64,000 bases of DNA from Balanoglossus misakiensis (Eukaryota; Animalia; Hemichordata), in contig CM082584.2 in the NCBI GenBank assembly GCA_040954595.2, positions 11,870,552 to 11,934,551 of the forward strand, read 5' to 3'. The first letter of the stretch is position 1, and each line of letters opens with the position of its first letter. This document shows, one piece after another, positions 1 through 16,278 of the stretch. Under the pieces are notes generated by a model. That model saw nothing but the letters and a program-made list of their open reading frames with translations. It was not told the origin of the DNA and did no database searches. The translations under genes were made by a program, and so were the position numbers.

Positions 1-470
1 GGACTACAATACCGTTATGACATCTGACCTTAACTGATGGTTGCTATGGTTATCAACAATGCATACCGACGCCACAGACCCGGCGATTGCAACTGTGCAC
101 TGTGCAAGTGCAAATCTAGTTTGCTTATTACACGATTCCAGAATTTCAGATGCAAGGAAGGAGGTGCAGTCCACTCCACCTACATGATATTTTAATTTTG
201 TAGTATGGGAGACTTTAAAAGTGCAAATAAAACATAGGCCTGGGACTTCGACATTGTGTTTTAACGGTGGCCTTGTTCACGCTCCGATCAATTAAATCTG
301 TGTCTGTGTCTAACTTGAAATAAAGCACGTATTAGAGCACACAGTCGTTTGGACAACTCGATGACACTAAAACTTGCAAATAAACGAAATCAAATCGATG
401 TACTCACCCGAGCGACATTTTCACAAACAAGCGTCCGTCATGATCGCGTCTGCACGTAGGAACCGCAACT
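1..470 (-). other. Possible 5'UTR exons of a gene divergent from FAF1 (CDS outside window)
   Basis: Minus-strand donor CGG|GTGAGT (intron begins at 407) and acceptor CATGTAG| (exon resumes at 179). The spliced product holds only short uORFs (e.g. MSLGWSGLHLLPCI*). X-box-like GTTGCTATGGTTAT at 40-53. No coding evidence inside the window. Confidence 0.3.
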
Positions 471-1046
471 GCAATCTGGGCGTCGCGTCTATTTCGAGCT
501 GTCAATTTCGGTAACCCGGCTGAAAGCCCGTGCACAGTAATTTTGAATAATTTGGGGGAGCGTACCACCCTCAGTCGACTGTCTGGTAAAAAAAATTACC
601 CGATCTATATATGTGGTGTGTATTGCACGAATGTCCACCATACGCTTCCGTGTTTTAAAATAACCTCATGGGGACATAGGGTAGTTTAAAATACGGCGTC
701 CAGTAGACCTTTAAATTTTCCCAGCCAATCCCAAACGGCTAGAATGTGTATTTTCAGACATGTCCTGAGCATGTTGAAATTTCGTGTAGTGATTGGTTGC
801 GGCACTCTGCGCATCAATAGCTTATTCACCGACGCTGGGCATTGTGCCAACTTGTAAGTCTAATCTATTGTTACCACACGCGTGTGGCATCGCATGTCAC
901 AACAATAAGATAAAAACAGTAGACGTCACAGATGCGAAGTACGCAGGATCAGACGTCGCAAAAGATGTCTGTTGAAAATGTCGTAAAAAGCAACAAATAC
1001 CGGAAATCAACACGACCATGCGCATTTCAGACATTGATAGACAACA

Positions 1047-4000
1047 ATGGCGGCGAATAGAGAAGAAATTCTAGCCAATTTTCAGGTATTTGGGGTGATA
1101 TTTTAATTATATTTCAATATATTGCCTATATTACGTCGTCATTAAGTTATCAGAAGTATTTAGGATATAACGGGTAATTTATCTGTTCAGAAACGATTTA
1201 TATTTTCAATAAATTGAGAATTATTAGTGCCATCGTGACGCAGCATCAACCGACTTTCTTCCGATGACTGAAAACAGAGTGGATAAAAATAAGAAACGTT
1301 TGTCTGATGGTCCACCTATCGTCCAGCCAATATCGGCCGTCAAATTACTCAGTCTTTTTGATATATATAGTCTACTTGCTCGATTTGCGTGAGGGAAATT
1401 CTCTCACCACGGGCGCGGACTACTTTTGACTGTAAACAGCTGATCAACGTTACATCATCGCCCGTTGGAAACGGGGATTATGGGCAAAACCCGGCAATAT
1501 GCCTTTTAAAGATACGTCATGTCGTTCTCATCCGTCTTTTACTGTTATTTGTTATGTGCGTGGGAAGAGAACTGCATATCGTTGATATATTTGCCACGAA
1601 TCCCAAGTAAAACGAGCCTCTCAGTGAAACTTGAAATGTAAACAAGCTCGAGCTCACTGTACTCAGAATGTAAATTTCATTTGGAGCGATTGCATAACCA
1701 GGTTAAACCCACATAAATAAAAAAGCAGGAGAACTCGATCAGCAGGCCCGAGAACTCGGCTAATTGGAAAAATTTGTCCGCTTTGTACCTGACCAGCTGT
1801 AATTTTGCCATTCATTGATTTTTCACAATTTGTGTGTCATCATTGCAGCCATTATTTATCAGCGGTTTAGTCAAGGTTCTTCCATGGTCATTTCACAAAG
1901 AAGTGACCATGGTCATTTCAACAGCATTTTCAACCTGCTGTTGGGAGATTATAAGGTCAAGTTGCAGTGCTCTCCAGTCAAATCTATAACACAGTCCTTA
2001 CTACATGTATTTTGCGTAACAATGTAATTAATTGTTATGTCAGATGATGGTTATTTTTGTATATTTTGTAAAATATATGTAAAATATTTGCATATTGTAT
2101 GTTCAATACTGATATGTAAGCAATATAAGGGACAGCACACTTGTTGCCACGGTTCTCAAACCATTGACTATTATTCCTCTTGATGACTGCATGTTTGACT
2201 TTATCTTGGCAGGCTTGTACGGGTCTCGAAAACCTGGACGAGTGCATAACGCTACTGGAACAGAATGAGTGGGATTTAGAGAGAGCTGTGAACAATGTAT
2301 TGCCCATGGACATACCACCATCAGATATATCGGAACCCACCACAGTACCTCCAGCTCAGTTCTTTGGGTATGTCTTTTTAATTTTTGCTAAAAGTACCTT
2401 GATGAGAAGTGCCTTCTTTATTGGTTTAGTGCCTGACTGAATTTTTATGCCACAAGCAACGCAGTAGTTCACGAAAAGTCATCTTCTTTCTTTTCAAGGT
2501 CATCACATTTCAGTGGATTCCAACCACCAGACCTCTCATACCAGTCAACAGGTGCTGACCTCACGGCGCCGTCCGACAGTGAGTTTTCATACCTCTCAGG
2601 GGGAGGGAACATGACACCCTCCTCCAGTAGCGAGTTTCCGTACCAACCGGGCGCCGGCTTCGTGCCACCGCCCGTGAGTGAGCCGTCTTTCGGTGGTGGC
2701 GCTTTCACGCCCCCAGTGTTGCCTCCGATTGTGCCGTCAGCCTCCACGTCTTCATCTTCGACGATTAATGCGAATTATGTAGACCCCGTCAGGCGGCGAC
2801 TCCTGAATTTCAACGTGGAATACAGAGACGGGACTTTCCCGGTTAGTTTACCAGACACAGAAACAGTAGGTATGTACCTTTTGCAGTCAACATCGTCACC
2901 TCTAAAACGTCTAGGTCATTGAACCAGAACAATGATTTTATCCTGACTTGATGTTGGTGTTTGGAATTTGGACTGGTCATCCCAAAGTATCTTTGGAGGC
3001 TGTATGTGTGTAGCTAAGTTTTCCACCAAAACCATGACGGATTAGTAATAGTATATTGGTGTTGGAACTCTTCCATTTATGACAGAGAGAAGTGTAGATG
3101 CCAATTAACCCCCCATGAATTCAAATCTGGGCCACCACTTCAATTAGCTTTGTCACGTCAGTTAAAAAGGGGCCTGACCTTCTGACCCCAATTTCCCTCT
3201 CCAAGCGTCTTATCCCACTCGAGGATACAATGGAGAGATGCAATTGAAAAAGAAAGGTGTGCAACTGTCTCTCCCCGCACCCATTGACAACAGCGTCTTG
3301 TGTTGTGTTCCCAGGAACAATTAAAGCCATCCTGGCCACTGAATTGGATATCCCACCCGACAAGCAAGTGCTAAGAGGCTTTCTAAATTCCAACTCTGAC
3401 CCCAGCGATCAGGTGAGATGGTCTTTAATCGCTTTCTCCTCTTTTAATGCATACTCTCCCTCAACAAACACACACACATGCATCTTGGATAGTGTTCCTT
3501 AATAGCTTTGTCGAATGAGACAACATTTGCACACACCAGGTTTGTATTTAAGAAAGAAAATAAAATCTCATGTGACCGACTTTTTACCATTTCAGGTTGT
3601 CCTTTACACGTTGAATTTACCAAAAGAGAATAGATTATTTTTATTAACACCAGACGTTTGCAATCCAACAATCATACTACCACAGCAGCCTAATGGAGAA
3701 AAGTAAGTTATTATCCTGTATTCTTGCATTAATTGCACTCTGCATTCTTATTAATAAAAGTAATTATGTGATTTCACAAACTCCGACAATGTCAGGTCGG
3801 TCAAATGTATCTTGTGAGGAACACCACGTTAATTCATCTTGATGATGGCGTCGTTCACCTTTTCAGCTCCTCAGAATTCATGGAACGACTAGGGCAGACA
3901 TACAAACTAATCATCGTCGACAGGGACTCCGGGAAAGAATTCAATTTGAATTATCCCGGTTCACGGACGATACAGGAAGTGAAGCAGGACGTGTACACGC

Positions 4001-6830
4001 TGATCAACGTAGTTGTTAGACAACAGGTGTGGCAGGGATGGCCAGACAGTGTGGATGATGATTCAGTGAGTAGCGGTGACTCTATATACCTTAGTTTGTT
4101 TAGTGCAAGTGAATTATTCAGGGCTGTGTTAACAGGAATTGGGTGAGGGTGGGTGGCTGTTAATACCGTAGTACCGTAGCAATAATTTCTTCCTCTTTCC
4201 TCTTTTTCAGCTAACATTAGCAGCAAGTGGTTTGAGCTATCCGTGCCATAAGCTGACAGTGGGTAGAGAAAACACACATCAGAATAAATCACAACCTGTA
4301 GATGTAAGTATGATGTGTGAGTGTGCGAATAACAAAAAAAGCGACACAAGACTACAAATGAAGTGGACATGTCATACTGAACACAGATAGCTACAAGTTG
4401 TCCCACCTAGTGTCACATTGTAAACATATTTTTTGTGGGTCTTTTTTTTTCAGTTAACAACAGATTCCATTGTCAGTGACTCAGATGAGGAAGTGGAAGA
4501 TGCGTCTATGTCGTACGATGACCACGAGATGTTTGTTGAAGAACCCAAAACTAGGAGATTTGAACCACTTTGTAAGGCACATTTATATTTTATCCTCTGT
4601 GTACGTGAACAATCGCTTTCCTGAAGTTGCAGTGAAACATATCATTCACGATAAAATGACCACAGCATTTTAACCTGCCAATTTTATCTGTTCTCTCTCT
4701 CTCTTTTTCAGTACCACATAATTTAGATGACATTACCACAGCATTGATACACTTTTCTCAGGAGTTTGGCCACAGATACAGTGAGCTGCACCCTGATTTT
4801 TATTTAGGACCCATAGAAAACGCTTTCAAAGAAGCGTTTAATGGACCAGCCAAAGATGTGAGTACCATAAGATATTTTTGGCAGTCAGCTCATATTGAAT
4901 TAAAAACAAGATTTGACTTATGTTTACTCTCTGCCAGTAGTTTTCATTTATCAGCAGGCACTTGCTAACTTTGTATCTCTTTTCTGTCTCTTTCAGCGTA
5001 AACTTTTAGCTATTTATATTCATAATGATAACAGTGTACAGAGTAATGTATTTTGCAGTCAGGTGATGTGTTCGGAAACCATAGCATCGTATCTCAATCA
5101 AAACTTTGTCACATGGGGGTGGGATATCACAGCAGATGAACACAAAGCTAAGTAAGTCACCATTTCCTGTTACTTTCCACGTGTGTGTGTGTGTGTGTTT
5201 GTGTCTATATATGTATGTTATTTTTATTCATGTCAAAGTCGTTGAAAATTGACATGTTCTTGGCCAACTTGAAAAAATTGTTGGATGCCATTTTCATGGT
5301 TTTTTATCATTTTTTCAGGTTATTAAACTGGTGCACGCAGTACTTTGGTAGTGTAGCTGCCACAACAGTTCGAAGTTTCCGACCAGACCAGTTTCCATTG
5401 TTCCTGGTCATCATGAAAGTGAGGTCTAACACAGAGGTCTTCAAAGTCCTTCAAGGTATTTACATTGTACATGTGCTCAGTGGCTTTCTGCATGTGGGTT
5501 CAGAATGATGTTTACTGTTAGGTAGCTCAACATGGTTTCCAGTCAGCCCAGTATATATACACATGTTGGCTAGCCATGAATGATAATTTTCTGACATTGT
5601 GTTGCCTTTGCAGGAAACACATCATTAGACGAACTCATGACGCATCTTATAAATGCGGTGGATGTTTACAGTGAACATCGAATCAGTGAGGTCAGAGAAG
5701 AGGTGAGTATATAGATCGGCAGTTTCTGCACAACAAGATCCAAATGCCTGGTTTCATGGGCTCCTGGAAAAAAGTCCTGGAAATTTGATTTGTCTACCAA
5801 AGCTGTGGTAAAATGTTGACCTCAAATATATTTGTCTGCAGGCTGAGAGAGAGGCCAGGGAGAACATGAAGAAAGAACAAGACGAAGCCTATCAGTTATC
5901 ACTAGCAGCTGACAGAGCAAAGGTACGTAGGTAACCTGCCAGGCTGAAATGTGACATTGCTCTCAAGTTTATTTCAACAGTGTAATAGTGTCATTGTCAG
6001 TGGAGGCTGTCAGAGTGAGCTGGGGGAAAAATCTTTCTGTCTGTTGTGTTTGGTGCAGGAAGAAGCCAGGCTAGCAGCTGAGGCAGAGAAACTCCGAATT
6101 GAGGAATTGGAGAGACAACAGAAAGAGACAGAGGAACGGAAAAAGCAAGAAATGGAAGCTGAGAAAGAGGTAAGCGAGAACATTTCAGGTTCCTGTGTGG
6201 ATTTTGAAACCAATAGGGTGCATCAGCGGCGGGAACAACATAATCACATCTCCAGTTCATCAGAGTAACCACAGCAAACTCATTCTTTTGTGTCTTTGCG
6301 GGGAACAGGCCATAAGGTTATCCCTGGAGGAGCAACTACCAGACGAACCTCCTGAATCCTGCTCAGAGCCAATCACCACCATTCGTGTCAAGCTCCCAGG
6401 CGGACAGAATCTCACACGGAGGTTCCTAGCCCAACACCCTGTGCAGATAGTGCTGAACTACATTGCCTCCAAAGGTTACCACATGAAGGAACACAAAGTA
6501 CTCACAAATTGGCCCAAAAGAGATGTAAGTATTTGTTATATGGACTGAACTGATGTTAGCAGAAAGTTGTTTAACCTTTCATTATTTACTGGATTGAAGC
6601 CGAGTCTATCTGGGGAAAAAATGCATATGTCAGATAACCATTTTCAGCATTGAAAATTTTGTCAGACTTTTGAAATCATGAACTTTGTCCACTAAACCTG
6701 AAATGCTGTTGCTTATTTTTCTTTTTTTTTTACTTTGCTTCCTTCACAGTTGGCCGGAATGGACTGCACAAAGACTCTGGAAGAAGTCGGCATGTTTCCA
6801 CAGGACACAGTCTTTGTAGAGGAACGGTAG
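1047..6830 (+). CDS. FAF1: FAS-associated factor 1 (UBA-UBL-UBL-UAS-coiled coil-UBX, p97 cofactor), 16 exons, 731 aa
   Basis: Exons 1047-1085, 2213-2367, 2499-2869, 3315-3412, 3596-3702, 3867-4065, 4211-4303, 4454-4571, 4712-4857, 4997-5151, 5319-5455, 5614-5702, 5842-5922, 6059-6169, 6309-6524, 6750-6830; all GT-AG, 2196 nt in frame. N-terminus MAANREEILANFQACTGLENLDECITLLEQNEWDL matches the FAF1 UBA; UAS motif RKLLAIYIHNDNSVQSNVFCSQ; UBX IRVKLPGGQNLTRRF...MFPQDTVFVEER*. Confidence 0.96.
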
Positions 6831-8839
6831 ATGTTGCACAGAGTGTCAGCTTCTGTTCAATACGTAGATCTGCTGGTGTATAGTGATTCTTGGAAGTGGG
6901 GAGAGGGAGGGGGGGGGGAATTAGGCTTGGGATGTACTCGTTAAGGTGTAGATATAACTGCTGTATGGCGCGATGGAATGACAGTGGTAATTGTGTGAAT
7001 TTGTTATATTCACCTTTGACCTTTCACTCCATCATTTAATGACAGGCAGCATTTGTGTTGGCGCGAGACTGAACTTTTCATCCCATCGTTTACTGGCAGG
7101 CGGCATTTCGGGGCGTTGCAGTGACGGTTGTACAGAGCTGTCTGTTAGAATGTGTCTGTTTTTATCTGTTTATATCTCCACTGGGGAATAAAAGGCGTAG
7201 CGAGCAGTTTAACGCGCGGCGTATTTGTCATTTGCTTACGAGGTAGAACAAGAACGCACATGCGGTTTTTGTTTTAATTGGACTTCTGGCAAGCTCTTTG
7301 AAGTGAAATCTTATTTTCTTTTTGTTTGCAATTTTGTAGCCCAACTTTGTATTTGTTAAAATGGGTGATGTCTGTAATGATGGCCCTGTGTGCTGTGCAG
7401 TTGGAGCATGTTTTTTACAAGATGGAAACTGACGCTAGGGTTGTTTTTTTGTGTGGAAGACTGCTCGAAAAAGTACTCATGTGCATACACACAAAACACT
7501 GTTGTCAACAGGTCTCATCTGCCTCTGTCTACTGCTGATCTGAAAAAAACACACACTGATGTTTTGGCGGTCTGCATAGATTTAACAGATTGCCCAGTCT
7601 AAACCACTGCTACTACTGCTACACTGTACAAACTTGTCCTAACAGTTGAATCACCTGCTGTTTCCATGGCAGTAGAAGATTGATATTAAAGGGAGGGTAG
7701 GCTAACAGGATTTAGTATATCCCTCCATATACACCCTTTGCCTGACATGCTGGTATGTTTGGCAGTATGCGGTATTCAACATTTTGTTATAGGGAAAGAT
7801 CAAATCACTCTTTGAGGATGAGTTTAACAAAGTGGTGATTTGATGAAGCTAACTGAACAGGTTACACAAAAATGTGTATGGCAAATATGTGTTTCCAGAA
7901 AACTGGAAATTGAGGAATGCGAAGATGTGTAAATGACCAACGTTGTGTGAGAAAAGTAGAACTGACCTTGATGTCCACATTCTCTGTCACTTTCTGTAAT
8001 CAAATTCCAAAGTATCCTTTTAACATGGTGACAGTCAATTGTCACACTGTGTGTAGAAAAAAACCTCCAATGAAATAGGCTTACTCCAAATTGTAATAAG
8101 ATTCATGGAACATGAATCAGATAAAGTTAATATCTTATTGTTTGTTTGCCAGTTTAATGGCAATGTGTCCAAAGAGACCAAAATGGTCAGAAGTTTCAGA
8201 AACGGAGAGGAATTTGTGATAGATGAAGTCACCCAAAATACATTATCCCTTGCCAGTATGTATTTTACAGGGTGGAATACTGTCCCCCATTTTATCAATT
8301 TACTACTAAATGTATGAAAGCTATATTATGCAAATTGTAATAAATAACCATTGACACATGGTAGTGCTCAGCTTGATTGTCACTTTTATCCAACAAATGT
8401 TCTACATGTCTCCACGTTGAGGGCTACCTCTAGTAAGTGCGCCCTCAAGTGGAGATTCGTAGGATTCCTGAAATCAAAATGGTTTTCATTCTTCAGATTT
8501 GATAAACTGCACATCTGTACTGTCTGTGGGTCATTAAAAGAAGACTGATTGGGCCAACTGACCTCATGGTCACATAAGGTATCGTCTTTCAAAAGCTTAT
8601 TTCTCTCCTTTTGAGGTGTAATGTTAATCCTTTGAATGGACTTGTGTAGATACAGGTAGTGCATGAAAGTTCTAAGTAAATGCTACTCTACACTGTTTAG
8701 GTGGCACCTTGTAATATTGCACTGGTGTATTTCAATGTTAGATTGCAATTACTATAGGGGACTGCAGTACGACATTACAATCACAGTAACTCAAAATTTC
8801 GCGACAACATGAATACAAATGCCACTTCAATTTTGTAGA

Positions 8840-8852
8840 ATTAAAATTTATT
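8840..8852. terminator. Opposed polyadenylation signals, putative FAF1/CAPSL 3' ends
   Basis: ATTAAA (+) at 8840-8845 and AATAAA (-) at 8847-8852 lie between the two convergent stop codons. Other hexamers exist in both UTRs. Confidence 0.45.
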
Positions 8853-10462
8853 CGTCTTAATCAGCTCGGATTACACCACAGGAGCCCCCTATCCCCGCAT
8901 ACATTTCAAAATTTGTTTGACATAATAATAAATAACTACGAGAAACATTATATACAGAATTTTCTGGGCCTATGATAAAAAGTAGACGCACAGACTAATG
9001 GAACACTACAGTACATGTTGGGTAATTGAAAGCAATGTAAAAAAGGATGCTCCTGTCCAAATTTTGACATTCAATGATCGCAGAAGTAGTCCATGTACAC
9101 TATATAAGTACAGATATTTAAGGAAAAAAGCAAATTGTCAAGTGAATGTTGATCAGTGCGTATTGCCTTGATATCATAGTTGCAAACTGTTCTAAAATTA
9201 CTCATATGTTCTTGAAAATACTAATTTGGTAAAAAACCTAACCAAAAATTACAAATGCAGAATTTTAATAAGTATAACTTGATTCACATTGTTTGAATTC
9301 TCCTGGTCATTGATCAATCAAATAAAATCTTATTACAGTCATTTCTCCATCATGCTTTTTGTATTGGCATAGTAATATTCCTCTACGAGAGCGTAAAATC
9401 AGTACTTTCTATCTTACAAGATAGGGAATTTTTACCAATTTAACAAAATTCAGTTCTGTAACTACTACTCAATACTTGCATATTTTTTTCAATTTTATAC
9501 ATTATCTCACAAATATAATACAAGGGTGATGACATTACTCTCTGAAAGTGTGCTGTGATCTTTGAGAGAAGTAGGAAATGCCAAATCTTAAAACTGGGTT
9601 GTAATGCTGTCTGAAAGGACTAGAATTTATCATACAACCTTTCGATCACATTCATTTGAAGTTTTGAATATGTCCACTTTGACATGACGTGAGATCGATT
9701 GCTCAACACCATTCCTTACATGATAATAGACTTCAGTACATTCAAGTTAAGATCACACTATTTTGTTTTTCTGTCATTTTCTTCAGTAATCTGATCCTGA
9801 AATTTCCTTTAAAAAAATTCTGAAACTGACGACACCTACTGGTAAAATCAAGTCGTAACTTACTGTAAGAGGAATAAAGTATTGTCTAAGTTTATTCTAA
9901 GGTCAAAATACATCTCGTTTTAATATGTACATCTTCATTATACATGTATATATGAATATGATTTTGGGGGTTCCCCTTTAAAATGGAGTTGTATTGCCCC
10001 CTTGTGGAACTTTTTCTTTGGGGTTGTGTTTCCAGAAAATTTGGATGTATAGACCCAGTAATCTGTACTTGTGCTAGAGCTATCTGACAGACTATTAGTG
10101 AGTATTTCAGGGCAACATGAAAATCAGATAAGTCTCTGTAAGGGCCAATCTCCAGTGAAAAGCAGGTGAACAATGCGTTGGCATAACATGCAGATAGGGA
10201 AACTATAATAATTTTATTCTTTCTGTTTTAGGTGGAATACATATACTATAAATATGAATGATATAACTAAACTAGTAGATGTACTTTGATAAAAATGTTG
10301 CTTGGCAAATGTTTAAAACTACAGGAAAATTAAGAATGTCACTAACTCTCGATTAAAAAGACAGAAATCATGACAAGTACTAAACAGTTGGGGCGAGGAC
10401 TAAATCTTTAAAAAATGGATTTTTGAGTAAGAAAAAAATGGTCAAGCGTGAGATTGACTTCT

Positions 10463-13276
<2,814 letters not shown>

Positions 13277-15513
13277 ATGGCAACGAAATCAGTGAAGGTA
13301 CGTTGTACTCGACCTCCAACCTATTTTTTGTTACCACAGACAGTGACCATGTTTCATATTATTTTGTAGCTCCATCACCGTGTCACCGTTCATGTTATGA
13401 CTTGGGGTCTTAATGAATTATTCATCACCAATATTGTCTATGGTCACTTTACAATAAGCTATTGTTCATTAGTTGATTTTGCTTTCAAACCATAATTCTA
13501 AGGAAACACTTGGTGAGACGTGTGTCAGGTATTTCCCTTTGTCAGTACATAGTATTATATTACATCTTTATTCTGTCTTTTTGTCCCCTTCTCCAGATTG
13601 GTATAATAGGAGGTTCAGGCTTGGACAGTTTAGATTTTTTCACAAACAGGCAGGAAAAGTTTGTGGAGACACCATATGGAAAGGTAGGATCTCATGATTG
13701 AATATCAGACACAAAGTTTTCATAGTATTGATATCTGCTGTGTTCAATTATCCTCGAGGTATCCACAGAGATTTGTTGAATAACGCCATGGCAACCCATG
13801 ACAATTTTCTCTCTCCCCGTAGCTCTGCATATGGGTAAGCAAGGGGAAATTTATTTGCATAAAGATAAAATTATGCTGTGGTTTTCATCATAGTTCATTT
13901 CTCAGTGCCTAAGAACCAGTTTCTCTAATTCCTACACAATATATGTTATATCCTCAGCCATCAGATGCATTGATTCTGGGAAAAATTGGTGATGTTGAGT
14001 GTGTTTGTCTTGCCAGGTAAGTGGAAAGATGGTAGTTCTTTCACACAGAAGAGTTAACTTAAATAATGTTAGTGTTGCGATGAAAAATATCCAGATTCAG
14101 TCAATTGTTATTTGATTTCAATAAACATGTATCAATTCTAATTCGTTCATTCATAATTTGAATATCTCTTTGTCACATAGACATGGGCGTGGTCACACTG
14201 TTATGCCCACCAACATCAATTTCCGTGCCAACATCCACGCCCTGAAGGCTGAAGGTTGCACTCATCTGTTGGTAACCACGGCCTGTGGTTCACTCAGGGA
14301 GCAGATAAGACCCGGTGATGTCGCTGTCCTCGATCAATTCATCGATCGCACAACAAAACGTGCCCAGACGTTCTATGACGGTGCCTACAGCAGCCCACGC
14401 GGCGTTTGCCACATTCCTATGCACACGCCATTCTGCGAAGACACGCGGCAGGTGGGTTGTTTATGAGACCAAAGATCATTTTTCGATCCTGAGCAAACAA
14501 CAAAGACTTTCAGATAACTGTCCTCATGAGCAGTACTTGAAGTCACAATATTCACTTAAAGATCAGAATACTTTGTCCCTGGCCATTCTGAGATATTTCT
14601 GATTTTTTCATGACCCACAGGTGATCATTGAAAGTTTGAAAGAGCTTGGCATTACTTATCATCCCAAAGGAACTATGATAACCATAGAAGGACCTCGGTT
14701 CTCCACCAAGTCGGAGAGCCTCATGTTCCGATCCTGGGGAGCTGACCTCATCAACATGACCACCGTGCCAGAGGTCGCCCTCGCCAAGGAAGCCGGGCTG
14801 TGTTACGCCAGCATTGCCATGGCAACAGACTATGATTGCTGGCGAGAAACCGGAGAAACGGTAAGTGGGAGAATTTTCTCGCACTGGTGTGATGGTGGTG
14901 ATTTCAACCTGTGGTTTGGTTCAGCCCTATGGTTACAGGTGGTGAGGGTTGATCCATATTGCAAGAAAATGGGGGTGTGAGGGTTATATTAGAGGAGGGG
15001 GCTGTATTTGGACCTTCACTCCCTGGGAAGTATGGGTGACTGGGTGAGATCACTAATAACTCTTATGAACTTTTGTCATTGATAGGTGAATGTGGAATCT
15101 GTGTTGAAAACTTTCAAGGATAATGCTGAGAAAGGAAGGAGGATCTTGTTGAATGTCATTCCAAAGATCGCAAAGAAAGATTGGACCGAGATAATCCAGG
15201 CGCACAATGTGAGTAACAACAACATCAGTCGCAATCATATTGCAGGGGGTGGTAACATGTGACGATTTTTTCCACACTCAAGAACCTACATCTCTGATAT
15301 ATAAATGGAAATTTAGACACATGATCAGAAATTCAGATCTGACAGGGTGAAAGTGCATTCCCTTTGATGTAAAATGGTGGTTTATATCCAGTGCAGGTTG
15401 CGGTGATTAATTAAACTACAGATTTGACAGTTGTGTCCTGTTTGTTTTTCCAGGACACAGCCAAAGAATCGGTAATGTTACCACCCCCTGGCGTAACCAC
15501 CCAGACGAGCTAG
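13277..15513 (+). CDS. MTAP: S-methyl-5'-thioadenosine phosphorylase, 7 exons, 286 aa
   Basis: Exons 13277-13297, 13597-13683, 13958-14016, 14181-14451, 14621-14860, 15086-15208, 15454-15513 (861 nt). Motifs [66 protein letters not shown]. Confidence 0.97.
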
Positions 15514-16253
15514 GTGCTGTAACCGGTAGCAACAGCCGGTCCCACATCAGCTCATTACACCCAAGAGACATATCACTAAGTGTCTTAGTGATAAATAATG
15601 AAAACGGCATTACATATACTTTGCAATCATCTATCAAGAGTTCAGGCATTATTCTCGTGTACACCTAGCTTCACATGCTCACACAGTAAGCTTGACCTCA
15701 CTGGTTTTCAGTGGTGGTTTGGTTTGCATATTAATGGGAGTATTATTTTATATGACTACAAACAAAGAGTACAAATACAGCTGTTTCTAGTAGGAATTTC
15801 CTGTTTTTCCCCTGTCTCTGGACCAACTGACCTATCTCATCATACTGCTTGAGCTATAAAAAATATATCAAATGCTGCCTAAGTCTATGTGTAAGGTGTT
15901 TAACTCAGAAAATACCCCAGTATACCTTACTGGTGCCTTATGCACAAGTAACTGAAATAAAAGTCAAAATGGAAAGAAAGTATCAGTGCATTGTTAATAG
16001 GAGGCAGTGTGCTGATTATAAGGTGTTAGAAAAGCAGATTCCAATGGTCACTTGCAGCACACATGGCTTGTTATTCTTAAAGTGCAACAAGCGAGTAGTG
16101 AATAGCGCCCCCAGTGACCAAATCATTAAGATTTTTGGGGAAACAAAACAAGCAAACCATTTTGGAATGACTTGCATTCCCTCGGGTCGACAGCTGTATG
16201 CTATTACCCTCATGACGTATTCTTTCACCCACTATAACAGGAGACAGGACAGT

Positions 16254-16278
16254 ATTAAATTCAACGTAGCTCTTTATT
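16254..16278. terminator. Opposed polyadenylation signals, putative MTAP/MFSD1-like 3' ends
   Basis: ATTAAA (+) at 16254-16259 and AATAAA (-) at 16273-16278 lie between the convergent stops. An alternative + AATAAA lies near 15957. Confidence 0.45.

Noticed and set aside
8012-8020. GTATCCTTT, a perfect U12 donor consensus in the putative FAF1 3'UTR
   Set aside because: No matching branch site plus AG found downstream and no coding context; likely chance.
6831-10462. Search for an INK4/CDKN2 ankyrin gene between FAF1 and CAPSL/MTAP
   Set aside because: No ankyrin-like exon seen; the region reads as two 3'UTRs.
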